DNA from: Nitrospira sp.
GTDB taxonomy: Bacteria > Nitrospirota > Nitrospiria > Nitrospirales > Nitrospiraceae
DNA: 64,000 bases
Assembly (NCBI GenBank): GCA_047150005.1
Contig: AP038806.1
Location: 2,592,001 to 2,656,000 of the forward strand
Direction of reading: 5' to 3'
In this document: piece by piece, positions 37,372 to 47,679 of the stretch
How positions within the stretch are numbered: position 1 is the first letter of the stretch
Layout: every line of letters begins with the position of its first letter
Position numbers and translations under genes: made by a program
The notes under the pieces: model-generated
What the model saw: the letters and a program-made list of their open reading frames with translations, nothing else
Told to the model about the DNA's origin: nothing
The model's database searches: none

Positions 37372-39762
37372 TTAGCTTCCCAACATCGATTGTCGGAAGA
37401 GCGACGTGTTCCGTAGCGCGTTGAAGACCTGCTCTCGATCCGTGAACCGTTCGAGCGCGGCCAGTCCGCCGATCGCGTTGAACTGGCTGGTCGTAAAGAG
37501 GGTCATGTCGCCTTCTAAGAATCGGCGGCGGGCGTCGGCATCGTCGGCAATGAGGCTGGTCGTCGCGGTCAACCACTTCTGTTCGCTGAATCGCAGGTTG
37601 AACTGCGCGGCCAGACTCTCCACCGTGTCCTCGATGATCCGGTCGCGAGTCGGAATCGGCTTCTTGCCCAGGGCGCCGTAGACGAACGTTGGAACCGGCG
37701 CGGGCACGCCGTAGGCTTTGACCAATTTATCGGACGAATAAAACATCTCCGGATTGTGGAAGAACCGCTTCTCCATGAGATCTTCCACCTGATCGTCGTC
37801 CTCGGCCTCCACCGCGCCTTTGAACTCCCGGTCCGACTCGTAGAAGGTTTTCACGTCGCGCTCGTATGACCCGCGGAAGGTCATCACGTCCACTTTCTCA
37901 CCGTTCGGTCCCACAATGCGAACTTCTTCCGAGACGACAAGATCACGCCCAGTCCAGACGGGAATCCCTCGTTTCGTCGGCGGCTCCAGCCCACCGCCCG
38001 TTCCCTCACCGGCCAGGCTATGACCCTCGGACGTTCCTGTCGTATGCGCGCCCTGCCCTGCCGCCCTCCGTGCCAGGGACGGTTCTTTGAGTGGAATGGT
38101 GTAGTCGTATTCCTCCTCGAAGTATTCGGCGACGCCACAGAAGTCGAGCATAAAGAAATGTTCCTTCTCGTATTCCCTGTTGCCGATTTTGAATGTGAAT
38201 CGCCTGGTCCCGCGCCCTTTCATCTGGATGTATTCCGTCGGCGAGAACACGGGACGGGCCAGGACGATATTCAACAGGTCGCGGCAGTTGTAGCCGGTCG
38301 AGAGCATGTCTACGGACACGGCGACTCGCTCCGGTCGCTTGCGGTCGCGAAAGGCCTTGGCGATATCGGATGCGTCGGGAATGCGCGACGTAATCGTGAC
38401 GGCAAGCCCGGGTTGCAGTTCATTGAGTATCTTCGTCAGCGCGGTGGCGTGGGTTTGATTGACGGCAAAGACGATTGAACGGCCCAGTTTGCCTTCCGGG
38501 TCCTTCTGCGCATGTTCCAGAAACTTCTCGCAGATCAGACGATTGCGCGCAGGCGTGAAGATCTTTCGTTCCAGGTCGCTGATCTTGTAGCTCTCCTCAC
38601 GCTCGTCGATGGTGACTGACCAGCCTTTATCTGACAGGGCCTGGGTGGTGATGTCGGACTTGATGTCGAAAATCTTGTGGAGGCAGAGGAATGGGCCTTC
38701 CGGATCTTTGACCGCATCCACGATGTCATACCGAAACGTCGGCCGGCCCGGCTCGCAGCCGAAGTAATGATAGGTATCACGCAGTTGTCGCGCTTCGAGG
38801 CCCTTCGGATTCTCTTCGGCGAGGTGTTCGATGTTGATGTTCTTTAAATAGGCCTTGGGCGTGGCGGTGAGACCAATGCGGGTTCCCTGAAAGAACTGTA
38901 CGACTTCGCGGGCGTCTCCGTAGATGGATCGGTGCGCCTCATCGTTCACGACCAAGTCGAAATGGAACGGTGTGAATTCGGTGCGGAACCGCCGATCGAC
39001 CAGGAGCGACTGAATGGTGGCGACGACGACACTGGATCCCAGGAGTTCCATCGGACTGCGCCGGGCCGCTTTGAAAATGACGGGCTTGTATTCGCGCAGC
39101 ACGACGTTGAACTCCTCCATCGTCTGCTTGGCCAGCTCGATCCGATCGACAATGAACAGGACCCGTTCGGCATTGCGTGTGGCGAGAAATCGCCTGATAA
39201 GCGCCGCGCAGAGCAGTGTCTTGCCGGTGCCGGTGGCCATTTCCAACAGGAACTTGCGACGGCCGGTTTCATCGAATTGCTTGGCGATCTCATCGAGAGC
39301 CTTGATCTGATAGCCACGAACTGTGAGGTCAGGGTTGAACGGCCGAAGATAGTCCGGCTTGATGGCTTCGCTGCCGAGTGGACGAGGAGGCTGGAGATTC
39401 TTAAGGCGCAGGCGCTCGAGATCGGTCGGCGAGGGTAATCGCTCGATCCGGTAAGCGTCTCGTTGATCGGCGCGGGCATAGTTCCAGAAATAGTAGACGG
39501 TGCCGTTTGACAGAATGACAAACGGTGCTTTTAGATTCTCCGCATAGCCTCGCGCCTGTTCCTTGGCGTCATAGGGGTCGAGATCCGAACGTTTTGCTTC
39601 TAACACACAGAGAGGGCCATGTTGCCCACTCAGAACATAGTCCGCCCGTCCGCTCTGTCCATGCAATTCGAAGCGGACTTGCCGTGGATCGAGGAGGTTC
39701 CATCCACTGACTTTCAAAGCCTGATCGATGAGGATGCGAGAAACTGCCTCGGGTTGGCTCAT
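37372..39762 (-). CDS. hsdR: Type I R-M restriction subunit (EcoEI/EcoAI-like)
   Basis: ADYVL...LEAK nuclease motif, MATGTGKT, DEAHRS, QMKGRGTR. Confidence 0.92.
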   Translation of the reverse strand: MSQPEAVSRILIDQALKVSGWNLLDPRQVRFELHGQSGRADYVLSGQHGPLCVLEAKRSDLDPYDAKEQARGYAENLKAPFVILSNGTVYYFWNYARADQRDAYRIERLPSPTDLERLRLKNLQPPRPLGSEAIKPDYLRPFNPDLTVRGYQIKALDEIAKQFDETGRRKFLLEMATGTGKTLLCAALIRRFLATRNAERVLFIVDRIELAKQTMEEFNVVLREYKPVIFKAARRSPMELLGSSVVVATIQSLLVDRRFRTEFTPFHFDLVVNDEAHRSIYGDAREVVQFFQGTRIGLTATPKAYLKNINIEHLAEENPKGLEARQLRDTYHYFGCEPGRPTFRYDIVDAVKDPEGPFLCLHKIFDIKSDITTQALSDKGWSVTIDEREESYKISDLERKIFTPARNRLICEKFLEHAQKDPEGKLGRSIVFAVNQTHATALTKILNELQPGLAVTITSRIPDASDIAKAFRDRKRPERVAVSVDMLSTGYNCRDLLNIVLARPVFSPTEYIQMKGRGTRRFTFKIGNREYEKEHFFMLDFCGVAEYFEEEYDYTIPLKEPSLARRAAGQGAHTTGTSEGHSLAGEGTGGGLEPPTKRGIPVWTGRDLVVSEEVRIVGPNGEKVDVMTFRGSYERDVKTFYESDREFKGAVEAEDDDQVEDLMEKRFFHNPEMFYSSDKLVKAYGVPAPVPTFVYGALGKKPIPTRDRIIEDTVESLAAQFNLRFSEQKWLTATTSLIADDADARRRFLEGDMTLFTTSQFNAIGGLAALERFTDREQVFNALRNTSLFRQSMLGS

Positions 39763-39926
39763 AGCAACGATGGTCGGGAATCAGAACCGGCGCCGAAGCT
39801 TACCTCGTTCAGCTACAGAAATCACTCCCCTGAATGGGGCGCTAACCAACTTGAGCTGCTAGAAGAAGGGGGCAAATGAGGGCCGGTCGTGTAGCAAGAC
39901 GGAGTCGCTGAAGCGATTCGAGATAC

Positions 39927-40082
39927 TTATGGCTTCTTCGCCACCACTTTACCGTTCTCCCATATATAAATCGGCGTGCCGTGCATCTTGGCGGTCTTGC
40001 GAGCTGCCTTCGCCGCTCTCCGGAGCGCACGTCCGACAGCCTGTACGAACCGTGTGTTTTCTGCCTTGGATGTGCTTTTCAT
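39927..40082 (-). CDS. Small basic protein coupled to zeta-like ATPase (putative antitoxin)
   Basis: Manual translation MKSTSKAENTRFVQAVGRALRRAAKAARKTAKMHGTPIYIWENGKVVAKKP (51 aa); ATGA overlap. Confidence 0.7.
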   Translation of the reverse strand: MKSTSKAENTRFVQAVGRALRRAAKAARKTAKMHGTPIYIWENGKVVAKKP

Positions 40083-40612
40083 GGGACTCTCTCCAACAAC
40101 CGCGGGGCATGCCTGGAATTATCATAGATTGTCCAGGCATGGGCAAGGGGTCTGTAGAGAGTATGGAAGTTCTTCCAGCTACGATCGAAGCGTCGTATCA
40201 CGTCGGCTCGTGATACGTCATGACCGCCTTGGCGAACGCGGGTTGCGATTCGTTGAAGAGCCAGGTGGACCGACGGCAGGGATAAGAACACGATCTCTAT
40301 TCGATAACCGGCGGCTTTCCATCGGCTTAAGAGGCGAAGGTACGTACGGCCGCTCAGGGTGCTTTCGAACGCAAAGCTTTCCAGAGACTTAACCAATCGA
40401 GAACATTCAAGCAAAACTAGTCGTCCTGCTCGTCTGGCCGCCAACTCTGGCCGAAGCGGCGACAGCCCGCCGGCAATCAGATCGGCATTCACAAAATGAA
40501 TCACGCGTTCTCGGACAAGAAACTCTTTCGCGAACGTCGTCTTCCCAGCGCCATTCGGTCCAGCGATGATGATGCAGCGTGGACGACGAGCGGTTCTGCG
40601 TCTGCTACTCAC
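40079..40612 (-). CDS. Zeta-toxin-like P-loop ATPase/kinase
   Basis: IAGPNGAGKTT, FVNADLIA, FAFESTLSG, RVRQGGH. Confidence 0.88.
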   Translation of the reverse strand: MSSRRRTARRPRCIIIAGPNGAGKTTFAKEFLVRERVIHFVNADLIAGGLSPLRPELAARRAGRLVLLECSRLVKSLESFAFESTLSGRTYLRLLSRWKAAGYRIEIVFLSLPSVHLALQRIATRVRQGGHDVSRADVIRRFDRSWKNFHTLYRPLAHAWTIYDNSRHAPRLLERVP

Positions 40613-40623
40613 CTGGGTCTGTG

Positions 40624-41619
40624 TCAGCCCGCCACCGGCTGCTGGTAATCTACTTCGATCTTGAACCCCAGATCTTCAATCATACCCCAGACTTCGGGCG
40701 CGGGTGCGCCGGGGGTCGTCAGGTAGCCGTTGACGAAGACGGAATCGGCCGGATAGAGGGCCAGCGGCTGCAGGCTGCGGAGGTTGTGCTCGCGGCCGCC
40801 GGCGATTCGGATTTCGGTGCGCGGATGGAGGAAGCGGAACAGGCAGAGAACTTTCAGGCAGCGTTGCGGCGTGAGGTTGTCGCAATGTTCCAAGGGGGTG
40901 CCCGCCACCGGATGCAAGGTGTTGAGCGGGATCGAATCTGGCTTCACCTCTCGAAGGGCCATGGCCAGGTCGATGAGGTCCTCGTCTTTCTCGCCCATGC
41001 CGACGATCCCGCCGGAGCAAATTTCCAGCCCTGCCGCCCGGGCGTTCCTGATCGTCGCGAGGCGGTCCTGGAACGTATGGGTCGTGCAGATCGAAGCATG
41101 AAAGGCTTCGCTCGTGTTCAAGTTGTGATTCACGCGATCCACGCCTGCCGCCTTTAAACGCTTCGCTTGCTGCTCGTTCATGAGCCCCAGTGAACAGCAG
41201 ATCTGGATCGGGTTCTCCTGCTTGATGGCGCGTACGGCTCCGGCGATTTCGTCGATCTCGCGGTCCAGGGGGCTTCTGCCGCTGATGACGATGCAGTACC
41301 GCTGAGCTTTCGAGGCGGCGGCCTGTCGCGCGCCTTCGATCATGCGGCTCTGTGGGAGCAGATTGTATCGTTCGATCGGAGCGGTTGAGATAGAAGATTG
41401 GGAACAATAGTGACAGTCTTCCTGGCAGGCGCCGCTCTTGGCGTTCTGGAGCATCTGCAGGCGAACCGTGCGGCCGAAATACCTGGCCCGCACCTGGAAG
41501 GCCGCGTGAAGCAGGGCAAGGAGTTCGTCGTCCGGTGCGGTGAGGACGGCGAGGGCTTCCTGTCTCGTCAGGGTCTGATCGTCAAGCGCTTTAGCGGCCA
41601 GGGCCGAATAATCCGTCAT
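40624..41619 (-). CDS. bioB: Biotin synthase
   Basis: CQEDCHYCSQS radical-SAM motif, NHNLNTS, IAGGRE. Confidence 0.95.
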   Translation of the reverse strand: MTDYSALAAKALDDQTLTRQEALAVLTAPDDELLALLHAAFQVRARYFGRTVRLQMLQNAKSGACQEDCHYCSQSSISTAPIERYNLLPQSRMIEGARQAAASKAQRYCIVISGRSPLDREIDEIAGAVRAIKQENPIQICCSLGLMNEQQAKRLKAAGVDRVNHNLNTSEAFHASICTTHTFQDRLATIRNARAAGLEICSGGIVGMGEKDEDLIDLAMALREVKPDSIPLNTLHPVAGTPLEHCDNLTPQRCLKVLCLFRFLHPRTEIRIAGGREHNLRSLQPLALYPADSVFVNGYLTTPGAPAPEVWGMIEDLGFKIEVDYQQPVAG

Positions 41620-41691
41620 ACAAGGACCTTTCAATCACAACGAGAATCGGTTCTACCGGTCGATGACTCGGAATGTCGGAACCGAAGGAAA

Positions 41692-43089
41692 CTACACGGT
41701 TTCAAACGGAGAAGCAATGCCCGGATACGGAACCGCGCGGACCGGAAGGGGAGACTCTTTTCCCGCGGATACCACACCACCATCGAGCCAGGGAAGGGCC
41801 ACGAGGCTGTTCCAGCTTCCGCAACGCCGGCACCGTCCGGCCCATTCGGCGGTTTCCTGCTGGCAGGCGGTGCAGACGTACGGTACGACGACGCGTTTCT
41901 TGAACTGCAGCGCCTTCTTCAATTCCACCACCGCCTGCTCCATATGCTGCTTGCGCAAGTAGAGGTTGGCCATAACCTTGTGGTAGTCGACCAGTTGATC
42001 CTGAGGCCCTTCGATCGTTGACAGAATGTCGAACGCTTCGTCGACCATTTCGAGCCGATAGTACAGCTTGCCCAAATAGAATTGCAGCACGGAGTCATTG
42101 GGGTTCTGCTGGAGCGCGTCCTGATACGTGCGGATGATTTCGCTCGGCTCGCCCTGTTCGAGGAACAGCTCTTCCAGGCGATGCAGGATGATCACGTTGT
42201 GTGTCTTCGCGTAGACCTTTTTTAGGATTTCGACGGCTTGTTTGGTCTTGCCTTCCTGGATCAAGATTTCTCCGATGCCGATATAGGCCGGAAGAAACGT
42301 TCGGTCTTTCTTGATCGCGCCGCGGAAGTAGCGGCGAGCCTTGTCAGGGTGCCCCCGCTCCAGCAGCTGGCGGCCGACCTCGTACATGCATCCCGTCAGC
42401 AACAATGTCTCCGCGCGCCGTTCGGATTCGGGCAGGCTGGCTTTCAGAAGTCGATGCTGGATTTCCAGCGCTTCGCTCCATTTTTCGAGACGGATCGATA
42501 GGTCGCGCTTCCGTATCAGGGCCGTCAGGTTGTCCGGTTCGATCCGCAGGATCTTCTGCATGGTCTGGAGCGAATCCTCGTATCGCTTGGCGGCTTCCAA
42601 ATCTTTGGCCAACTCCAGGAGTATTTCGATATTGCGGTCGTCGATGCGATTGGCATACTGATGCAGCCGGATCGCCTCCGAGAAATTGTTCTCCGAGCGA
42701 TAGATATTGCCCAGCCAGAGCAGGGAATCGACCCGGTTGGGGTCGATCGCCAGGGCCTTTTCAAACAGTCCGATGGCTTCGCTGATGCGCTTGGACATGA
42801 AGGCGTGCGTTCCCTCGCGATGGAGCGCGTCGAGCTTCTCTTTCCGGCGTTGTAAGCGCGTGCTCCTCCACGTCCCGATGGCATGCGCGGTTTGCCTCAT
42901 GCCGACCGCCAAGGCCACCAACACCGCTCCGACGGCCATGGAAAAGATCACCAGCGTGACCGGGCTCAAGTCGAACTGAGAAGAAGGACTCGTATGGACG
43001 GTCAGCGTGCCTGGATTCAACTCACGGAAATAGCTGTAGACGAAAATACCCGCGCTGATGAGGAAAATGCTGGTGAGCAGCCTGAGCAT
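41692..43089 (-). CDS. LapA/LapB-like TPR protein with C-terminal rubredoxin motif
   Basis: Two N-terminal TM segments, TPRs, YVCTAC...W.GRCRRCGSW. Confidence 0.8.
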   Translation of the reverse strand: MLRLLTSIFLISAGIFVYSYFRELNPGTLTVHTSPSSQFDLSPVTLVIFSMAVGAVLVALAVGMRQTAHAIGTWRSTRLQRRKEKLDALHREGTHAFMSKRISEAIGLFEKALAIDPNRVDSLLWLGNIYRSENNFSEAIRLHQYANRIDDRNIEILLELAKDLEAAKRYEDSLQTMQKILRIEPDNLTALIRKRDLSIRLEKWSEALEIQHRLLKASLPESERRAETLLLTGCMYEVGRQLLERGHPDKARRYFRGAIKKDRTFLPAYIGIGEILIQEGKTKQAVEILKKVYAKTHNVIILHRLEELFLEQGEPSEIIRTYQDALQQNPNDSVLQFYLGKLYYRLEMVDEAFDILSTIEGPQDQLVDYHKVMANLYLRKQHMEQAVVELKKALQFKKRVVVPYVCTACQQETAEWAGRCRRCGSWNSLVALPWLDGGVVSAGKESPLPVRAVPYPGIASPFETV

Positions 43090-43092
43090 GGT

Positions 43093-43509
43093 CTAGGCCT
43101 GTCTGGATATGGCCATCCGTTTGCTGCGGGCCGGCTTTTCCGCCTCCGAATGGGACGCCTGTTCCTTTACCGGGATGCGCTTGGCATCGGCCCAGAGACG
43201 CTCAAGCCCGTAGTGCTGACGGGCGTCATGCCGGAAGATGTGAACGACGACGTCCCCATAATCCATCAACACCCATTGCGATGAGGCCTTGCCTTCGATA
43301 CTGAGGGGATTGGAGCCGGTCTGGGAGAGGATCCCGTCGACATGATCGGCGATCGCTCTGGTTTGTCGATCGGAGTCCGCCGATGCCAACACCAAATAGT
43401 CGGCGATCGAGGTCAGTTTGGCAACGTGCAGGACGACGATATCCGTGGCCTTTTTGTCGTACATGGCCTTTGCAATGGCAAGGGCCGTGGCCTTCGGTGT
43501 TCGTGCGAT
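43093..43509 (-). CDS. rsfS: Ribosome silencing factor
   Basis: DKKATDI, WVLMDYGDVVVHIF, YGLERLW. First ATG is at 43464; likely start is ATC at 43509. Confidence 0.92.
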   Translation of the reverse strand: MARTPKATALAIAKAMYDKKATDIVVLHVAKLTSIADYLVLASADSDRQTRAIADHVDGILSQTGSNPLSIEGKASSQWVLMDYGDVVVHIFRHDARQHYGLERLWADAKRIPVKEQASHSEAEKPARSKRMAISRQA

Positions 43510-43519
43510 CGGATTCCTC

Positions 43520-44230
43520 TTATTCGTATAAGTGATGCTGAAGTATATAGGATTCCACGGTGGGCGGCAATAGATTTACCACCGAAAGTCCCGTCCGGAC
43601 CCTTCTCCTGATGTCCGAAGCCGAAATCTCGCTCGGAGTGAGATGCAGACACACAATCCGTCGGTTTCCGAGGGGAATATCCACGTGTGAGATTGTGCCC
43701 GCATCCAGGGCCGCGAGCGACTCGCCGGGAAGGGCATGAAATTGATTCAGCCGAGTCAGTTCCTGAAACGAGGTCCCCGGTCGATTCATCACGACGAATG
43801 AACAGAGCTCCAACAGCGCATTCGGCTCTCGCCAGGTCGGAAATTCCAGGAACGCATCCAGTCCGATCAGGAAAAAAAAGTTCGTTTGCGAGCCGTATTC
43901 TTGACGGAGGAGCCGAATGGTATCGATCGTATAGGATTTCCCCGGACGGCGGATCTCGACGTCGGATATCGTAAGGCCGGCTTCCGACCCGATGGCCAGA
44001 CGGACCATTTCATAACGATCCTCGGCCGATGCCAGGTCCCGGCCCGATTTATGAGGCGGGTCGCCGGTCGGAATGAAGAGAATGCGGTCGAAGTCGAGGG
44101 CGCGCCGAATTTGCCGCGCCATGGTCAGATGGCCGAAGTGAACGGGATTGAACGTTCCTCCCAGGAGACCAAGCCGTAATCGCTGGAGCGAAGAGGCTTC
44201 TGGCCGGCGCCCGGGTTCTTGGGAACTCAT
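43520..44230 (-). CDS. nadD: Nicotinate-nucleotide adenylyltransferase
   Basis: GGTFNPVHFGH, PPHK, SYTIDT, ISASDIR. Confidence 0.95.
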   Translation of the reverse strand: MSSQEPGRRPEASSLQRLRLGLLGGTFNPVHFGHLTMARQIRRALDFDRILFIPTGDPPHKSGRDLASAEDRYEMVRLAIGSEAGLTISDVEIRRPGKSYTIDTIRLLRQEYGSQTNFFFLIGLDAFLEFPTWREPNALLELCSFVVMNRPGTSFQELTRLNQFHALPGESLAALDAGTISHVDIPLGNRRIVCLHLTPSEISASDIRRRVRTGLSVVNLLPPTVESYILQHHLYE

Positions 44231-44240
44231 GGCTGAGTTC

Positions 44241-45362
44241 CTACAGCAGGACGAGATTGTCCCGGTGGATAATCTCGTCGTATTCCTGCGGGCCAAAACG
44301 CTGTTGTATGTCGACGGTCTTCAAGCCTTTCATGCGGGCGATCATCTCGGAGGAAAAATTGACCAGGCCCTTGGCAAATTCTTTCCCATCTTGATCGAGG
44401 CAGCTGACAGGGTCTCCCGCCTCGAACGAACCCTTGATGTCGATGATTCCGGAAGCCAGCAGGCTCTTTCCCCGTTCCGTGAGGGCCGCTACCGCGCCGG
44501 CATCGAGAAGGAGCTGTCCCTGGGGGCGAAGCGTGAAGGCAATCCATAGCTTGCGGCTTGTCATCCGGCGTCCTTTGGGCAGGAACAGGCTGCCGCCATC
44601 GCCGCCCGCGAGGACGGAAGGCAGGAGGCCGGCTTGCTGGCCGTTGAGAATGAGCGTGGCCACGCCGTATTCTCCCACCTTTTTCGCCGCACGGACCTTC
44701 GTCGCCATGCCGCCGGTTCCTTCGAACGTGGTAGACACACCGGCCCGTTGCTCGATGTCTTCCGTAATCTCAGGGATCAGCGGAATCAGCGTTGCAGCGG
44801 GATTCTTCCTCGGATCTTGGGTAAAGAGCCCGTCGATGTCCGACAGGATGACCAACAGGTCTGCATCCACAAGGTGCGCCACGTCCGCCGCCAAGGAATC
44901 ATTGTCGCCCACTCGAATTTCGTCCACGGCGACCGTGTCGTTCTCGTTAATGACGGGTACCACTCCGAAACCGATCAGGGCCGCCAGCGTATGGCGGGCG
45001 TTCAGGAAACGCCGTCGATCGGCGAGGTCCTGATGCGTCAGGAGAATTTGCGCGACCTTCACATTGAGTCGTTCGAAGGATTTCTCATAGGCCCACATCA
45101 AGCGGCTCTGTCCGACGGCCGCGGCCGCCTGTTTGACCGGCAGGCTCTTCGGATATTCCTTCAACGCCAGTTTCTTGATGCCGGAGACGATCGCGCCGGA
45201 CGAGACCAGCAGGACCTCGCGCCCGTCGGCGCGCAGGATCGAGATTTCGTCGGCCAGCCGGTCGATCCGATCGGGATGAAGTCCCGAGTCTCTGGACGAA
45301 ACCAGACTGCTGCCGATCTTTACCACGACCCGCTTGGCGGTTCTCAGGATTTCGTCGCGCAT
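44241..45362 (-). CDS. proB: Glutamate 5-kinase
   Basis: VVKIGSS, INENDTV, GDND, GTGGMATK, PUA domain. Confidence 0.95.
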   Translation of the reverse strand: MRDEILRTAKRVVVKIGSSLVSSRDSGLHPDRIDRLADEISILRADGREVLLVSSGAIVSGIKKLALKEYPKSLPVKQAAAAVGQSRLMWAYEKSFERLNVKVAQILLTHQDLADRRRFLNARHTLAALIGFGVVPVINENDTVAVDEIRVGDNDSLAADVAHLVDADLLVILSDIDGLFTQDPRKNPAATLIPLIPEITEDIEQRAGVSTTFEGTGGMATKVRAAKKVGEYGVATLILNGQQAGLLPSVLAGGDGGSLFLPKGRRMTSRKLWIAFTLRPQGQLLLDAGAVAALTERGKSLLASGIIDIKGSFEAGDPVSCLDQDGKEFAKGLVNFSSEMIARMKGLKTVDIQQRFGPQEYDEIIHRDNLVLL

Positions 45363-46369
45363 CCAGTGGTCCGAAGGTGGTCGACCTGTTGCCCGACAAA
45401 TGAGACGAGTTCCGACAACCCTTCCCTCGTCGCGGCCGAAATAGGGAGACACGGATACTTCCGTCGCTTGCAGTACGTCTGTAACGTCTTCAATTTGCTC
45501 CGGTCGCCGGCGGCGTCGAGTTTCGTGGGGACGACGGCGAACGGGCACGCAGACAGAGATGCATCGTAGGATTCCAGTTCCTTGCGCATGACTTCGAAGC
45601 TCGTCACGGGGTCATCGGCCGCCCATTCCGATATGTCGACAAGATGCAGCAGGAAGGATGTGCGTTCAATGTGGCGCAAGAACTGAAACCCAAGTCCTTT
45701 GCCTTCGTGGGCGCCCGCGATCAGACCGGGGATATCCGCGACGACAAAGCTGCGGTCGGATCCCCAGCGGACGACTCCCAGGTTCGGGACCAACGTTGTG
45801 AAGGGATACTCGGCGATCTTAGGGCGCGCGGCGGAAATGGCCGCGATGAGCGTGGATTTTCCGGCATTCGGATACCCGACCAGTCCGACGTCTGCCAGCA
45901 GCTTGAGCTCCAGCTTGAGTTCGCGTTCTTCCCCGTCCGTGCCCCGTTCAAAGCGCGTGGGCACCCGGTTGGTTGAGGTGGCGAAATGACTGTTGCCTCG
46001 GCCGCCCTTTCCCCCGTGTGCAATGGTGACCGTCTCTCCGTCCGCGGTCAGGTCGGCAAGCACGTCCCCGGTATGCTCGTCATAGACGACCGTTCCCACG
46101 GGGACGGCGACCACCACGTCGCGTCCTGTCCGGCCGGTGCAATTGGATCCGCTGCCGGGCCGGCCGTCCTCCGCCTCATAGTGCCGTTGGTATCGGAGGT
46201 CGAGCAGTGTCGTGAGGCGTTGAGATGCCGTGAAAATGACGTGGCCTCCATTCCCTCCGTCTCCTCCGTCGGGTCCTCCACGGGGCACGAACATCTCGCG
46301 GCGGAAGCTGCAGACCCCGTCGCCGCCTCGCCCGGCTTTGACCACGATGCTGACTTCGTCGACAAACAT
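45344..46369 (-). CDS. obgE: GTPase ObgE
   Basis: GGPDGGDGG, GYPNAGKST, YPFTTL, DIPG. Confidence 0.97.
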   Translation of the reverse strand: MFVDEVSIVVKAGRGGDGVCSFRREMFVPRGGPDGGDGGNGGHVIFTASQRLTTLLDLRYQRHYEAEDGRPGSGSNCTGRTGRDVVVAVPVGTVVYDEHTGDVLADLTADGETVTIAHGGKGGRGNSHFATSTNRVPTRFERGTDGEERELKLELKLLADVGLVGYPNAGKSTLIAAISAARPKIAEYPFTTLVPNLGVVRWGSDRSFVVADIPGLIAGAHEGKGLGFQFLRHIERTSFLLHLVDISEWAADDPVTSFEVMRKELESYDASLSACPFAVVPTKLDAAGDRSKLKTLQTYCKRRKYPCLPISAATREGLSELVSFVGQQVDHLRTTGCATKS

Positions 46370-46488
46370 ATGGGCGTATCCTGGGAATGTGTCCGGTCAG
46401 TCCTGCTGAGAGAAATCACACGGGGTGTGAAGCCCCGCTGATGTCGCTGGACGGATGAGACGGTAGCGATGAAAAGGAAGGGCGTCGA

Positions 46489-46752
46489 CTACGAGGTCGT
46501 CGGCGTGGGGTAGACACTGACCTTCTGTCGCGCGCGGCCGCCCTCGAATTTGACGGTCCCCGTGATACGCGCGAAAAGGGTGTGGTCTTTGCCGAGGCCC
46601 ACATTGAAGCCAGGGAAAAACTTGGTGCCGCGCTGACGCACGATAATGGCGCCAGCCTTCACCGTTTCGCCACCGTAGGCCTTCACGCCCAAATATTGCG
46701 GATTGCTGTCCCGTCCATTTCTCGATGATCCGCCGCCTTTATTTGTTGCCAT
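46489..46752 (-). CDS. rpmA: 50S ribosomal protein L27
   Basis: [12 protein letters not shown]...IIVRQRGT. Confidence 0.97.
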   Translation of the reverse strand: MATNKGGGSSRNGRDSNPQYLGVKAYGGETVKAGAIIVRQRGTKFFPGFNVGLGKDHTLFARITGTVKFEGGRARQKVSVYPTPTTS

Positions 46753-46772
46753 GAAGCATCATCCTTCTATGA

Positions 46773-47087
46773 TTAGGCCGTGTGGATGCCGGTGATCCGA
46801 AGTTTGGTAAAGCCCTGCCGGTGGCCTTTGGTGCGACGGTAGTTCTTGCGCCGTTGCTTCTTGAACACGATTATGGATCGCGTCCGGCCCTGATTGACGA
46901 TTTCTGCGGTGACTTTGGCCCCTGCGACCAAGGGTTGGCCGATGACGACACCCTTGTCCCCGTGGACCAGTCGAACGTCGCTGAGTTCGACGGTGCCGCC
47001 CACTTCTCCGGGAAGGCTCTCGACTTGGACGAGGCTGCCGTGTTCCACCCGGTACTGCTTGCCGCCAGTTTCTACGATAGCGTACAT
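46773..47087 (-). CDS. rplU: 50S ribosomal protein L21
   Basis: MYAIVETGGKQYRV...GHRQ. Confidence 0.97.
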   Translation of the reverse strand: MYAIVETGGKQYRVEHGSLVQVESLPGEVGGTVELSDVRLVHGDKGVVIGQPLVAGAKVTAEIVNQGRTRSIIVFKKQRRKNYRRTKGHRQGFTKLRITGIHTA

Positions 47088-47227
47088 GGACCCTACCCTC
47101 CGTGACAAAACACGGCTATGTATCACAGCGATGAGAAAAGTGTCAAGGCCATGTGCTTCCTTCCCCCTTTCGGGGGCTTTCAAACCCGATTCGTCAGCGG
47201 ATAGGATCCAAAGGCGTGGAGGATCCC

Positions 47228-47605
47228 ATGGCTACGGAGTCCCGGGCGAGGAAGGCAAGTCGATCGCTTTCAAGAACATTCGTTCTCAGGACCTACCGTC
47301 GAATCCCGACCTGGTGCACCTCCTACTATCTGAGCGGAGCCGCTATCGGGAAGGGAGTTGTGACGAACTTGTCGCGGAGCGGCATGCAGGTGCTGGGTGA
47401 TCATGCGCTCAAGGCCGGGACCGACCTCTGCGTTCGGCTCCATCTTGAGGAAGGCCAGCCGCCCATCGAGATCACCCGCGCCACCGTGCGGTGGGTCCGT
47501 GAACACGAATTCGGATTGCAGATCGACGATCAGACCGCCGTGGCAGCCGGACGCATCGCGGAGGTGCTGAACCACCAGGCCCGCACCGGCCGCAATGGGT
47601 GGTGA
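47228..47605 (+). CDS. PilZ-domain protein
   Basis: RxxxR (RTYRR) and NLSRSG motifs, ATVRW..EFGL. Confidence 0.75.
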   Translation: MATESRARKASRSLSRTFVLRTYRRIPTWCTSYYLSGAAIGKGVVTNLSRSGMQVLGDHALKAGTDLCVRLHLEEGQPPIEITRATVRWVREHEFGLQIDDQTAVAAGRIAEVLNHQARTGRNGW

Positions 47606-47638
47606 TCTCGCCCGGCAGCACTCGCCACCCGCGCATTC

Positions 47639-47668
47639 TTGACGCTTCTTCCGACCCGCTGCTATAGT
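47639..47668 (+). promoter_or_regulatory. Sigma70-type promoter of ilvE
   Basis: TTGACG-N18-TATAGT with TGn extension, 11 nt before ATG. Confidence 0.6.
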
Positions 47669-47679
47669 CCGTTTCCAGT

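Noticed and set aside
44230..44241. No proA between proB and nadD
   Set aside because: Gene-order variation is common, proA may be elsewhere, and no remnant is visible.
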